Source: Fusibacter sp. JL216-2 (GTDB lineage Bacteria > Bacillota > Clostridia > Peptostreptococcales > Acidaminobacteraceae). Taken from it: a stretch of 64,000 nucleotides of DNA. Below are positions 10,009-19,091 of the stretch, one piece after another. Each line of letters starts with the position of its first letter. Within the stretch, counting starts at the first letter, position 1. Both the position numbers and the translations under genes were made by a program. The notes beneath the pieces are model-generated. The model was not told the origin of the DNA. It ran no database searches and worked only from the letters and a program-made list of their open reading frames with translations. The stretch lies in assembly GCF_050596425.1 (NCBI RefSeq), contig NZ_CP192292.1, positions 1,287,987 through 1,351,986 of the forward strand, given 5' to 3'.

Positions 10009-10593
10009 ATGAATGGTTCGGCATTAGGCAACACACGTGCAATGGTCTTTGCCTCTATGGGCATTGTCATTAACATTGTTTTAGGCACAATTGTACAGAC
10101 GTTTCAAATACCACTGCTCTTTTTAGATACCATAGGCACAATACTTGTGAGTGTTGTTTTAGGACCTTTTGCAGGGGCCTTGACAGGTGGTTTAACCAAT
10201 GTGATTCAAAGCATGATCACAAACCCTAAAGACATTCCATTTGCTGTGGTGAGTATCGCCATAGGCCTTATTGTCGGTTTTGTGGCCAAAAAGAGAAAAT
10301 TTGATTTTAAAACAGCCTTTGGAACGGGTCTTATACTGGCTGTGGTTGCACCTCTAATTGGCACGCCGATTGCAGTCTTTGTTTATGGAGGCCTCACTGG
10401 TGGCGGGACAGATCTAATCTTTGCATGGATGCTAGCCAGCGGATCAAAAATATTCACAGCAGCCTTTATACCAAGGGTGGCAGGTAATATTATCGATAAG
10501 ATTGCCAGCTGTCTAATTGTGGTTTTACTCATTAAGCGTATTCCCAATCATCTACTGGATAATATGAATGTTCAGGACCAATCAGGTCGCTAA
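10009..10593 (+). CDS. small polytopic membrane protein, ECF-transporter S-component-like
   Basis: About 195 aa with 5-6 TM helices and Gly-rich helices. Start at ATG 6 nt after GAGGAGG. Confidence 0.45.
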   Translation: MNGSALGNTRAMVFASMGIVINIVLGTIVQTFQIPLLFLDTIGTILVSVVLGPFAGALTGGLTNVIQSMITNPKDIPFAVVSIAIGLIVGFVAKKRKFDFKTAFGTGLILAVVAPLIGTPIAVFVYGGLTGGGTDLIFAWMLASGSKIFTAAFIPRVAGNIIDKIASCLIVVLLIKRIPNHLLDNMNVQDQSGR

Positions 10594-10615
10594 AACACTG
10601 ATTGTTATTATAAAA

Positions 10616-10648
10616 AACCAGCGTGAAAGTTCACGCTGGTTTTTTGCT
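10616..10648. terminator. intrinsic terminator between convergent genes (membrane protein + / gpx -)
   Basis: AAAAAACCAGCGTGAAAGTTCACGCTGGTTTTTT. Confidence 0.8.
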
Positions 10649-10690
10649 TGGATCGCTTGTAAAACTATAAGTTAAGGGAAGGCAATCTTT

Positions 10691-11236
10691 CTAAATGAGA
10701 TTTTTTAAAGAAGGTTCAATATCTCTAGGGTCAACAGGCGATTCAAAGCGTTCAACCACATTGCCCTTTCTGTCTACTAGGAATTTTGTGAAGTTCCACT
10801 TGATGGCATTGCCCATCGCAAAAGTTGGAAACTTTTCATCAATCATGGCCTTGAGCATCTTATTGCTTGGGTTTGACATATCAAAGCCTTCAAATGGAGC
10901 GGCTTCCTTCAGGTATTCAAATAGGGGATCGGCCTCGGCACCATTTACATCAATCTTATCAAACGTTGGGAAATCAACCCCGAATTCTAGGGAGCAAAAA
11001 GACTGAATTTGATCGTTGTTGTCAAATTCCTGGTTCATGAACTGACCACATGGGAATCCAAGAACGAGGAAGCCTTCATCCTTATAGGATTCGTATAAAT
11101 TTTGAAGGTCCTTAAATTGCGGTGTGAATCCACACTTGCTTGCTGTGTTGACAATGAGAAGGGGTTGACCTTCATAGTCACGAAGGGAAATAGTCTTTCC
11201 ATCCATAGTTTGTACATTAAAATCGTAAATGTTCAT
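10691..11236 (-). CDS. glutathione peroxidase
   Basis: GPx signature NTASKCGFT...LGFPCGQF. Strong RBS (AGGAGAA) before the ATG. Confidence 0.9.
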   Translation of the reverse strand: MNIYDFNVQTMDGKTISLRDYEGQPLLIVNTASKCGFTPQFKDLQNLYESYKDEGFLVLGFPCGQFMNQEFDNNDQIQSFCSLEFGVDFPTFDKIDVNGAEADPLFEYLKEAAPFEGFDMSNPSNKMLKAMIDEKFPTFAMGNAIKWNFTKFLVDRKGNVVERFESPVDPRDIEPSLKNLI

Positions 11237-11252
11237 GTGTATTCTCCTAACT

Positions 11253-11340
11253 AAGCGTCTTGTAAAATATCATTCAATAATCCTCGTCATAAGATAGTTA
11301 GATATTTAAGAAATTAAAATTCCATATAAGCTATGACGGG
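11253..11340. repeat. nested-palindromic intergenic repeat, copy B (truncated, left arm plus core)
   Basis: AAGCGTCTTGTAAAATATCATTCAATAATCCTCGTCATAAG...TATTTAAGAAATTAAAATTCCATATAAGCTATGACGGG. Sits in the gpx / marR intergenic gap. Confidence 0.65.
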
Positions 11341-11341
11341 T

Positions 11342-11779
11342 CTAATCTTCATTCATGGAGCAAAGCACCTTATCAAGGTACTTCTTGAGCATAATAAGAT
11401 CCTCAATGTCGCCCTTATAATCCCCAAGCAGTTGGTCGGGCACATCTACAATTTGCTCTTTTAAAAGAAGCCCTTTTTGAGTCACTTCAACAATAACCTG
11501 CCTGTCGTCATGAGGACTTCTGTATTTATTTACATAGTCCATGGAAACCAGTTTTTTTAGAACCGGAGTCAATGTTCCCGAATCTAGGTGAAGTCTCTTT
11601 CCAAGTGATTTGAAATCAATCTTTTCTTCCTCCCAGAGCACAAGCATGGCAACGTACTGGGTATAGGTCAGATTATGCTTTGACAATAGGGGCTTATAGA
11701 GTTTTATAATTTCTCTGGACAAAGCATACAAGGGAAAGCACAGTTGATTGTCTAGTTTTAGTTTTTCAAAGTTATTCAT
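11342..11779 (-). CDS. MarR-family transcriptional regulator, OhrR-like (N-terminal redox Cys)
   Basis: Winged-helix MarR fold with a conserved N-terminal Cys (NQLCFPLYA). Start at the internal ATG behind AAGGTGG. Confidence 0.75.
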   Translation of the reverse strand: MNNFEKLKLDNQLCFPLYALSREIIKLYKPLLSKHNLTYTQYVAMLVLWEEEKIDFKSLGKRLHLDSGTLTPVLKKLVSMDYVNKYRSPHDDRQVIVEVTQKGLLLKEQIVDVPDQLLGDYKGDIEDLIMLKKYLDKVLCSMNED

Positions 11780-12059
11780 AAACCCACCTTTTGATTTTGT
11801 TAAATTTAATTGAGCTAAATCAAAATACATTTTTATTATATACCTTTCAATGAATTTGTCAAACTCATTTTACGAGATGTGTATGAATCTCTTCTGCCTA
11901 AACGTGGTCTTTATGTTTCTTAGGTGTGGAATCTGGTGTGCCTGCAATGAATAAGGCGTTCATCAAGTGGGTATTTGTAGTGGGTGTCCTTTAATAAAGG
12001 TTGACAAGTTTTAAAATAAAGCCTAATATAAAATTGACCCCCTAGGGGAGGGGTATCTT

Positions 12060-12173
12060 GAGCGGTACTAAAACTATCAAGCACCCTTGCTATACCATAT
12101 ATAGATATTTAAGAATCAAAAATTCTGTATATGGTATAGCAAGGGTACAGATCTGTAATTTTGCAAGTCGCTC
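12060..12173. repeat. nested-palindromic intergenic repeat, copy C (most complete right arm)
   Basis: CCCTTGCTATACCATATATAGATATTTAAGAATCAAAAATTCTGTATATGGTATAGCAAGGG ... ATTTTGCAAGTCGCTC (reverse complement of the copy A/D/E left terminus). Lies upstream of the CoADR gene. Confidence 0.75.
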
Positions 12174-12230
12174 AGATTAAGTGACTTAGATTAAATTTTA
12201 TAAAGATAAAAAATTATGCGAGGTGTTAAG

Positions 12231-14273
12231 ATGGAAAAAGTCCTAATTATCGGTGGTGTGGCGGCAGGCGCCACAGCAGCCGCAAAAGTAAGAAGACTTT
12301 CAGCAGATGCTGAAATTACTATTTTAGAAGCAGGGGCAGATATTTCCTTTGCCAACTGCGGCCTACCCTATTATATTGGTGGGGACATAGACAGCCGGTC
12401 AAAGCTTATACTTCAAAGTCCTGAAAGCTTTAACGACCAGTACCGCACAGCTGTTTACATCCACACGCAAGCAACTCAAATTGACAGGCAAGCTAAAGTG
12501 GTTCATACCCTTAACAAGCAAAGCGGTGAGAAGAAATCATTTGAATACACAAAACTTATTCTAGCCCAGGGGGGAAGACCCATTGCACCGCCACTTCCAG
12601 GTGCAGATCAGGATCATGTTTTTAGCCTGTGGACCCTTGATGACATGGACAAAATAGACAATTATATTTCTGATAATGCGCCAAAGACTGCCGTGGTTGT
12701 GGGTGGTGGATTCATTGGTCTTGAAATGTCGGAAGCTCTTGCCAAAAGGGGCATGAAGGTATCTGTTATTGAAATGATGCCCCACGTTATGGGGATTATG
12801 GAAGCGGAAATAGCAGGCTTTATACAAGAGGAACTTCAAGCTTATGGTGTTGATGTTTTCACGAACAGGGCTCTTAAATCAGTCGGTGCGAAAAGTGTAC
12901 AACTTAGTGATGGCACACAAGTGTCTGCTGACATGGTCCTCATGTCTGTTGGTGTTCGTCCAACCCTTAAACTGGCTCAGGAAGCAGGTCTTGAACTTGG
13001 ACCAGCTGGCGGACTGCTCGTTGACACGACGCTCAAAACGAGCGATGACAACATATATGCTGCTGGTGACATGATTGAACTTGAGCACCGTGTTTTAGGC
13101 AAGAAGGTAAGAATTCCTCTGGCTGGGCCAGCGAATCGACAAGGACGGATCGCAGCAGAAAATGCCATGGGACATAGGCATGAATACAAGGGCTCGATTG
13201 GAACATCAATTGTTAAAGTCTTTGAAGCGGTTGCGGGCATTACGGGTATTTCCTTAAAGGCGGCAAGAGCTGAGGGCATTAATGCCGATGCCATAGTTGT
13301 CCATAAGGAGAACCACACCACATACTATCCGGGCGCTCAATTGGTTTCGGTGCTTGTTGTTTATGATAAAGACACAGGCACTGTTCTAGGAGGACAGACT
13401 GCAGGGTATGCAGGTGCTGACAGGCGGCTTGATGTCCTTGCCACAGCGGTTGCCGCAAAACTTACAGTTTCTGATCTTGCAGATATGGACTTCGCATACT
13501 CTCCACCACTGGGAAATGCCAATGATGCAATAAACATGGCGGCATACACAGCAGAAAATAGGATGACAGGCTTTTCGCCAGCCTTGACTGTGAACGAACT
13601 TGATGACTTTTTAAAGACAAACAAGGCCTTTTGGATTGATGTACGAGATGTATTCTCTTATGAGAATGCCCATGTGGACAAGGCCCTCAACATCCCTCTT
13701 GAAATGCTTTCTGGCACACTGGATCAACTGCCTAAAGACCAACTTATAGTTCTTTATGACAAGACAGGGAAGAAGGGACACCAAGCGCTCAGGACCTTAA
13801 AAGGGGCAGGTTTTAATAAGGTGATTAATGTAAGTGGTGGATTTGTCAGCTTGTCAAATTACGTCCGCTCAGTAAGACCTGAAAGCTTTACACTGGATTT
13901 GCCAAAACCACAAAATAAGCAGATCGGCCAAGCCACTGAGAAAGAGGAAGGCGGGGCTCAAAAGGAAAGTGAAAACAGCCAAGGGAATGCACTGGCTAGT
14001 GAAGATGTAAATGCACCTCTGATTATAGATGTGCGTACGAAAGAAGAGTTTGACCATGGGGCTTATCCAGGCGCAATCAATATTCCCCTCGATGATTTAG
14101 AAGACAAATTATCAGAACTGGGAAGCCTTGACAGAGAGATTATTCTCTACTGTGCATCTGGGGCAAGAAGCGCTTATGCCCTTAGAATGCTGAAATTTAA
14201 CGGTTTTACCAATGCTGAAAATGGTGGTGGCATTGCAAGAATGATGGCGCGCTATAGAAATTCGGCTATGTAA
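12231..14273 (+). CDS. CoA-disulfide reductase / NAD(P)H persulfide reductase with two C-terminal rhodanese domains
   Basis: FAD GGVAAG, redox-active SFANCGLPYY, second NAD fold VVGGGFIGLE. First rhodanese domain lacks the Cys; the second has the active-site CASGARS. Confidence 0.85.
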   Translation: MEKVLIIGGVAAGATAAAKVRRLSADAEITILEAGADISFANCGLPYYIGGDIDSRSKLILQSPESFNDQYRTAVYIHTQATQIDRQAKVVHTLNKQSGEKKSFEYTKLILAQGGRPIAPPLPGADQDHVFSLWTLDDMDKIDNYISDNAPKTAVVVGGGFIGLEMSEALAKRGMKVSVIEMMPHVMGIMEAEIAGFIQEELQAYGVDVFTNRALKSVGAKSVQLSDGTQVSADMVLMSVGVRPTLKLAQEAGLELGPAGGLLVDTTLKTSDDNIYAAGDMIELEHRVLGKKVRIPLAGPANRQGRIAAENAMGHRHEYKGSIGTSIVKVFEAVAGITGISLKAARAEGINADAIVVHKENHTTYYPGAQLVSVLVVYDKDTGTVLGGQTAGYAGADRRLDVLATAVAAKLTVSDLADMDFAYSPPLGNANDAINMAAYTAENRMTGFSPALTVNELDDFLKTNKAFWIDVRDVFSYENAHVDKALNIPLEMLSGTLDQLPKDQLIVLYDKTGKKGHQALRTLKGAGFNKVINVSGGFVSLSNYVRSVRPESFTLDLPKPQNKQIGQATEKEEGGAQKESENSQGNALASEDVNAPLIIDVRTKEEFDHGAYPGAINIPLDDLEDKLSELGSLDREIILYCASGARSAYALRMLKFNGFTNAENGGGIARMMARYRNSAM

Positions 14274-14277
14274 ATAT

Positions 14278-14318
14278 AAAGTGGCTCAGACCTATCGGTC
14301 TGAGCCACTTTTTTAAAG
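14278..14318. terminator. bidirectional intrinsic terminator between CoADR (+) and GNAT (-)
   Basis: GTGGCTCAGACC-TATC-GGTCTGAGCCAC flanked by A-run and T-run. Confidence 0.8.
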
Positions 14319-14326
14319 ACAAATAT

Positions 14327-14761
14327 CTATTTTTTAACCATAATGCACTCAGAATGTCCCGAGTCCTCATTGATTTGAGTGTCGATTATGTCAAAACCGC
14401 GCCTAATATAGAATTCAAGAGCCTGGGTGTTTTCCTTATAGACAGCCAGTGTCAAGTTTCCATAAGTCTGGTAGGCATACTCAAGGAGTTTTCTACCAGT
14501 GCCCTTGCCTTGATGAGAAACGGCAACGAAAAGGGCACCAATATAGGATTTATCCAGAATGCTGATAAAGCCCAAGAGTTCTCCATTCTCAGTGTACACA
14601 AATGTATCACTTTTGGGGATGTATACATCTCTTATGAGAGCATAGTTTTTCTGCCAGTAGGCTTTTGAAATAAAGGGGTGGCCCTTGATTGTGGATTCCA
14701 GCCACAAGTTCATGACCCGGTCAATTTCCTGTGGGTTAGTCTTTAACTTTCTGATCATCAT
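14327..14761 (-). CDS. GNAT family N-acetyltransferase
   Basis: HQGKGTGRKLLEYA CoA-binding motif. Confidence 0.75.
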   Translation of the reverse strand: MMIRKLKTNPQEIDRVMNLWLESTIKGHPFISKAYWQKNYALIRDVYIPKSDTFVYTENGELLGFISILDKSYIGALFVAVSHQGKGTGRKLLEYAYQTYGNLTLAVYKENTQALEFYIRRGFDIIDTQINEDSGHSECIMVKK

Positions 14762-15235
14762 AATACTCCTTGTTGATATAGATTCATTAACTGTCTAAAT
14801 TCACAATAAGATTAGATGGGCTTCTGTGCATAAGTACCTCGCTTTAATTTTAATAGCTCTAGACTAGCACAAGTTAGGTGGACTGACAACGCATGTTGGA
14901 ATAAAAATATGTTGGATCGTCTTGATTTTGCCAAACCTGCAAAGTGATTTAATATTAGTGAAGATAGCATATAAGAAATTATTAATGCAGACGATTATTT
15001 TCCCCAAAATTTCAATCTTTAGATTCACGAAATTTAATAGGACAATAGCGTATATTAGATTTTCTCTGTGTGTTAAAATGGTTTTAGTAAACAATGTGAC
15101 TTATTTTAATAATATATAGAAACCATTGTCCAGTAAAAAGATAAATAGGGATGTTATCACTCTACTTATTATAATCTGGTAAGATAAGCCACGGATACTA
15201 CAAAAACCTGAAATGCGTTAAAGGATATGATAGAT

Positions 15236-17947
15236 ATGAAAAAACTCACAGTGGGCATATTGGCGCATGTTGATGCAGGGAAGACAACCCTGTCTGAAAG
15301 CATGCTTTATTTGAGCGGCAAAATTAGAAAAATTGGTCGTGTGGACAATAAAGATGCCTATTTAGACACATATGAACTTGAAAAACAACGGGGTATAACC
15401 ATCTTTTCAAAACAAGCCGTCATGCAGTTTGATGATACGGAAATCACCTTGCTCGACACACCGGGACATGTGGATTTTTCCGCTGAAATGGAAAGGACAC
15501 TGCAGGTTTTAGACTACGCCATATTGGTGATCAGTGGAGCTGACGGTGTTCAAAATCATACGAAAACAGTATGGGAACTCCTTGAGTACTATAAGGTACC
15601 AACCTTTATATTTGTCAATAAGATGGACCAAGCCGGAACAAGCCGGGACTTTGTGATGGCGTCCATTCATAAAAATTTAAGTGACAGGTGTATTGTCTTT
15701 GATGGAGAAAGTAATACGAATGAAGGGAAGCTTTTAGATAAAGAGAGCCAGTTTAAAGAAGAAAGGGATGAAACCCTGGCCCTATGTGATGAAAGGGTCA
15801 TGGAAAGTTATATTGAAACAGGACGCGTGTCGGATGAACAAATACAGAATCTTGTTGCAAAGCGAAAGGCCTTTCCTGTCTACTTTGGATCAGCCTTAAA
15901 ACAAGAGGGCACCAAGGCCTTTGTTCAAGGGCTTATTCAGTATTCAAAAAGAAAAGACTACCCCAGTGCATTTGGTGCCAAAGTTTTTAAAATATCCCGT
16001 GACGAAGATGGCAACAGACTGACCCACTTAAAAATCACAGGTGGACAAGTCAAAGTCAAAGACACCATTGAACTTATGGAGCAGTCTGAAAAAATAAATC
16101 AGATTCGTGTGTATTCAGGCGAAAAATATCATACAGAAAGCACCCTTAAAGCAGGCGCAGTATGTGCTGTAACGGGTCTTAGCTTGACAAGGCCAGGACA
16201 GGGGCTGGGCACAGAGAAAAAGTCAACAGCTCCTCAACTAGAGCCGGTTTTATCCTATCAAGTGGTCTTGCCTGATGATGTCAGTGAAAGACAAATTCTT
16301 CCCAAGCTAAGAGAACTGGAAGAAGAAGAACCAGAACTTAGGGTGCTGTGGAATGAAGTTCACCAATCCATTCATATACAGGTTATGGGAGTAGTACAAC
16401 TGGAAATTCTTCAGTCTTTGATTGAAGAGAGGTATGGAGTGCTTGTTAGCTATGGTCATGGAGAAATAGTCTATAAGGAAACTGTCGCCAGTCGGGTGGA
16501 AGGCGTTGGTCATTTCGAACCCCTACGTCATTATGCTGAAGTCCATCTGCTTATCGAGCCTGGTGAAAGGGGCAGTGGGATGACTTACGGCACCCGTTGC
16601 AGTGAAGATATTCTTGATAAGAATTGGCAGAACCTTGTCCTGACCCACTTGAATGAGAAGACCCACACAGGGGTTTTAATAGGGGCACAGTTGACCGATG
16701 TAAAGGTAACCCTTGTATCTGGTCGTGCCCATAACAAACATACCGCTGGGGGGGACTTCAGACAGGCGACTTTTAGGGCCCTACGCCAAGGGCTTATGGA
16801 AGGTGAATGTCTCTTACTTGAGCCCTATTACAAGTTTAAACTTGTTCTTCCAGAGCAAATGGTGGGACGGGCCATGACCGATGTTGATAAGATGTATGGA
16901 ACTTGTACTTTGGAACAGACCGATGGTGAAATGGCAATCATAAGTGGAGTGGCTCCCGTTTCTAGGATGCAGAATTACCAACAAGACCTTCATGCTTATA
17001 CAAAAGGAGAAGGCAGACTTTCTATTGCAGTAAAAGGCTATGACATTTGCCATAATGCGGATGAAATTATTGAGCAGGTGGGGTATGATCCCGAGCTGGA
17101 TGTTGGCAACCCGACCGGCTCAGTCTTTTGTTCTAAGGGGACGGGCTATTACGTCCCATGGGATGAAGTTAAAAGCCATATGCATGTGGAGGCCTATTTA
17201 AAAGCAAAAAAAGGACTTGAAGATGAAAAGAATCTTGAACCAGCAGACAGGGGTTCTGACGATTTTATCAGTCTAGAAGAAATTGATTCCATAATAAACA
17301 GCACCCATTTTGCCAACCAGGGGCGAAAGAATATTTGGAAAAGAAAAGGCAGTGCTAAAGAAAGTCACTACCTTTCACTTGCAAGTCCAAAACACTCTTA
17401 TCAGAGCCGAATCAATACGGAATCAGATGAAGAGTACCTTCTTGTTGATGGTTATAATATTATTCATGCATGGCCTGAACTCGAAGAAATTTCTCGCGAA
17501 AGCATGGAAGGGGCCAGATTAAAGCTCATTGATATTTTAAGCAATTACCAGCCCATCAGAAAATGCAAAATCATGCTTGTATTTGATGCCTACCGCGTTC
17601 AGGGACGTAAAGAGTCCGTTGAAGAAGTAAACAATATACAAGTTGTTTATACAGGTGAAGCCCAAACAGCAGATCATTTTATTGAGAAGTTTGCCCATGC
17701 CAATAAAAGAAACTATAAAATCACTGTGGCCACATCAGATGGTCTTCAGCAAATCATCATCAGGGGGGCAGGGGCCAATCTTCTTTCTGCCAGGGACTTA
17801 AAGCATGCTGTGGACATAGCTGAGGAAAGACTGCACTCAGAGCATTTGAGCGGAAAAATTAAAGTAAAAGACACCTTGTCAGATGCCTTGCCAGATGAAA
17901 TAAAAGAAAAACTCCAGGCTGATATGAAAGATGAAAACAGTCAGTAA
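15236..17947 (+). CDS. TetM/TetO/EF-G-family translational GTPase fused to a C-terminal NYN (YacP/Rae1-like) ribonuclease domain
   Basis: G1 AHVDAGKTT, G3 DTPGHVDF, G4 NKMD. Roughly 640 aa are co-linear with TetM. After a basic linker comes LLVDGYNIIHAWPEL...MLVFDAY...TADHFIEK...VATSDG, closely matching B. subtilis YacP/Rae1. Confidence 0.8.
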   Translation: MKKLTVGILAHVDAGKTTLSESMLYLSGKIRKIGRVDNKDAYLDTYELEKQRGITIFSKQAVMQFDDTEITLLDTPGHVDFSAEMERTLQVLDYAILVISGADGVQNHTKTVWELLEYYKVPTFIFVNKMDQAGTSRDFVMASIHKNLSDRCIVFDGESNTNEGKLLDKESQFKEERDETLALCDERVMESYIETGRVSDEQIQNLVAKRKAFPVYFGSALKQEGTKAFVQGLIQYSKRKDYPSAFGAKVFKISRDEDGNRLTHLKITGGQVKVKDTIELMEQSEKINQIRVYSGEKYHTESTLKAGAVCAVTGLSLTRPGQGLGTEKKSTAPQLEPVLSYQVVLPDDVSERQILPKLRELEEEEPELRVLWNEVHQSIHIQVMGVVQLEILQSLIEERYGVLVSYGHGEIVYKETVASRVEGVGHFEPLRHYAEVHLLIEPGERGSGMTYGTRCSEDILDKNWQNLVLTHLNEKTHTGVLIGAQLTDVKVTLVSGRAHNKHTAGGDFRQATFRALRQGLMEGECLLLEPYYKFKLVLPEQMVGRAMTDVDKMYGTCTLEQTDGEMAIISGVAPVSRMQNYQQDLHAYTKGEGRLSIAVKGYDICHNADEIIEQVGYDPELDVGNPTGSVFCSKGTGYYVPWDEVKSHMHVEAYLKAKKGLEDEKNLEPADRGSDDFISLEEIDSIINSTHFANQGRKNIWKRKGSAKESHYLSLASPKHSYQSRINTESDEEYLLVDGYNIIHAWPELEEISRESMEGARLKLIDILSNYQPIRKCKIMLVFDAYRVQGRKESVEEVNNIQVVYTGEAQTADHFIEKFAHANKRNYKITVATSDGLQQIIIRGAGANLLSARDLKHAVDIAEERLHSEHLSGKIKVKDTLSDALPDEIKEKLQADMKDENSQ

Positions 17948-18215
17948 AATATATTGGAGTAGGATCAAAAGAGCCCTAGGGCAAAGAAATTAGACGATAT
18001 TCACAAGTTTGCTAAAGAATTAAAAGTAGATATAAAGTACCGACCAGTCCATGGATCTTCGTTAAGAAGACACCATGGACTTTTTTAATGGTTTTTATAT
18101 GCCAAAAAAAGGGTAGATTGCAATTAAGGCAAATCCTATTTAATAGCATGTTTGATAATAGGAAAAACCATAAACACCATATATAAATTTCACAGTAACT
18201 TGAAGGGGGCAGACC

Positions 18216-19091
18216 ATGAAAGGCCAAAAAACACTCATAATAGATGACAACAATGAAAACCTAAAAGTGGCAGCACGCATCTTAAAAAATGACGATTTAC
18301 AGATTATTGTTTCCAATAATGCCAAAAAAGGCATACAAATAGCGAAAGAAATCAAACCAGATCTAATTTTGTTGGATATACAAATGCCTGAAATGGATGG
18401 ATATGAGGTGTGTCGCACCCTTAAAGAAGATGAAAGTGTTATGGATATTCCTGTGATTTTTATGACTGCCAGCACCGACGAGAGGTCTATAAAAGAAGCT
18501 TATAGGTCAGGTGGCGTTGACTATATTGTCAAGCCCGTTAGAAAGTATGAACTCATTTCTAGAGTGCAAACCCATCTAAAACTATCACAAGTTATTAAGG
18601 AGCTTGAGCTGGCAGCCGTGACGGATGGTCTAACTGGGCTTTTTAACCACAACAGGATATTTGAAATTTTAGATCATGAAATAAAAAGGTCCGTTCGCTA
18701 TAAAGAGCCATTTTGCATTCTTATGGCGGATATTGATAAGTTTAAAAGTGCCAATGATACATATGGTCATCATTTTGGAGATGATGTCCTAGTCAGTGTT
18801 TCTAAATGCCTAAGAGAAACAGTTCGTGAAACTGACTATGTGGGACGGTATGGGGGAGAAGAGTTTCTCATTATCATGCCAAACACAAGCCTAAATGCTG
18901 GAAAAGAAGCAGCGGAACGTATTAGAAAAAAAGTTAGTGAAATTGACTTTGACAACGACTTCAAATTGACCATTAGCGGTGGTGTCATTGAATTTGATGA
19001 AAGTCTTTCAGCCCTTGAAATGGTTGACAAGGCTGATGAATTTTTATACCTGGCAAAAGAGAATGGAAGAAATCAGATGGTGAGTGAATAA
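18216..19091 (+). CDS. response regulator receiver - GGDEF diguanylate cyclase
   Basis: Receiver domain (DLILLDIQMPEMDG) plus catalytic GGDEF (RYGGEEFLII). Confidence 0.85.
   Translation: MKGQKTLIIDDNNENLKVAARILKNDDLQIIVSNNAKKGIQIAKEIKPDLILLDIQMPEMDGYEVCRTLKEDESVMDIPVIFMTASTDERSIKEAYRSGGVDYIVKPVRKYELISRVQTHLKLSQVIKELELAAVTDGLTGLFNHNRIFEILDHEIKRSVRYKEPFCILMADIDKFKSANDTYGHHFGDDVLVSVSKCLRETVRETDYVGRYGGEEFLIIMPNTSLNAGKEAAERIRKKVSEIDFDNDFKLTISGGVIEFDESLSALEMVDKADEFLYLAKENGRNQMVSE

Noticed and set aside
15236-17947. Calling the GTPase a tetracycline-resistance determinant (tetM/tetO)
   Set aside because: Family membership alone does not establish resistance. There is no Tn916/Tn5397 context and no leader-peptide attenuator, and the gene carries an extra nuclease domain, so I treat it as a translation-factor-family protein of unknown role.
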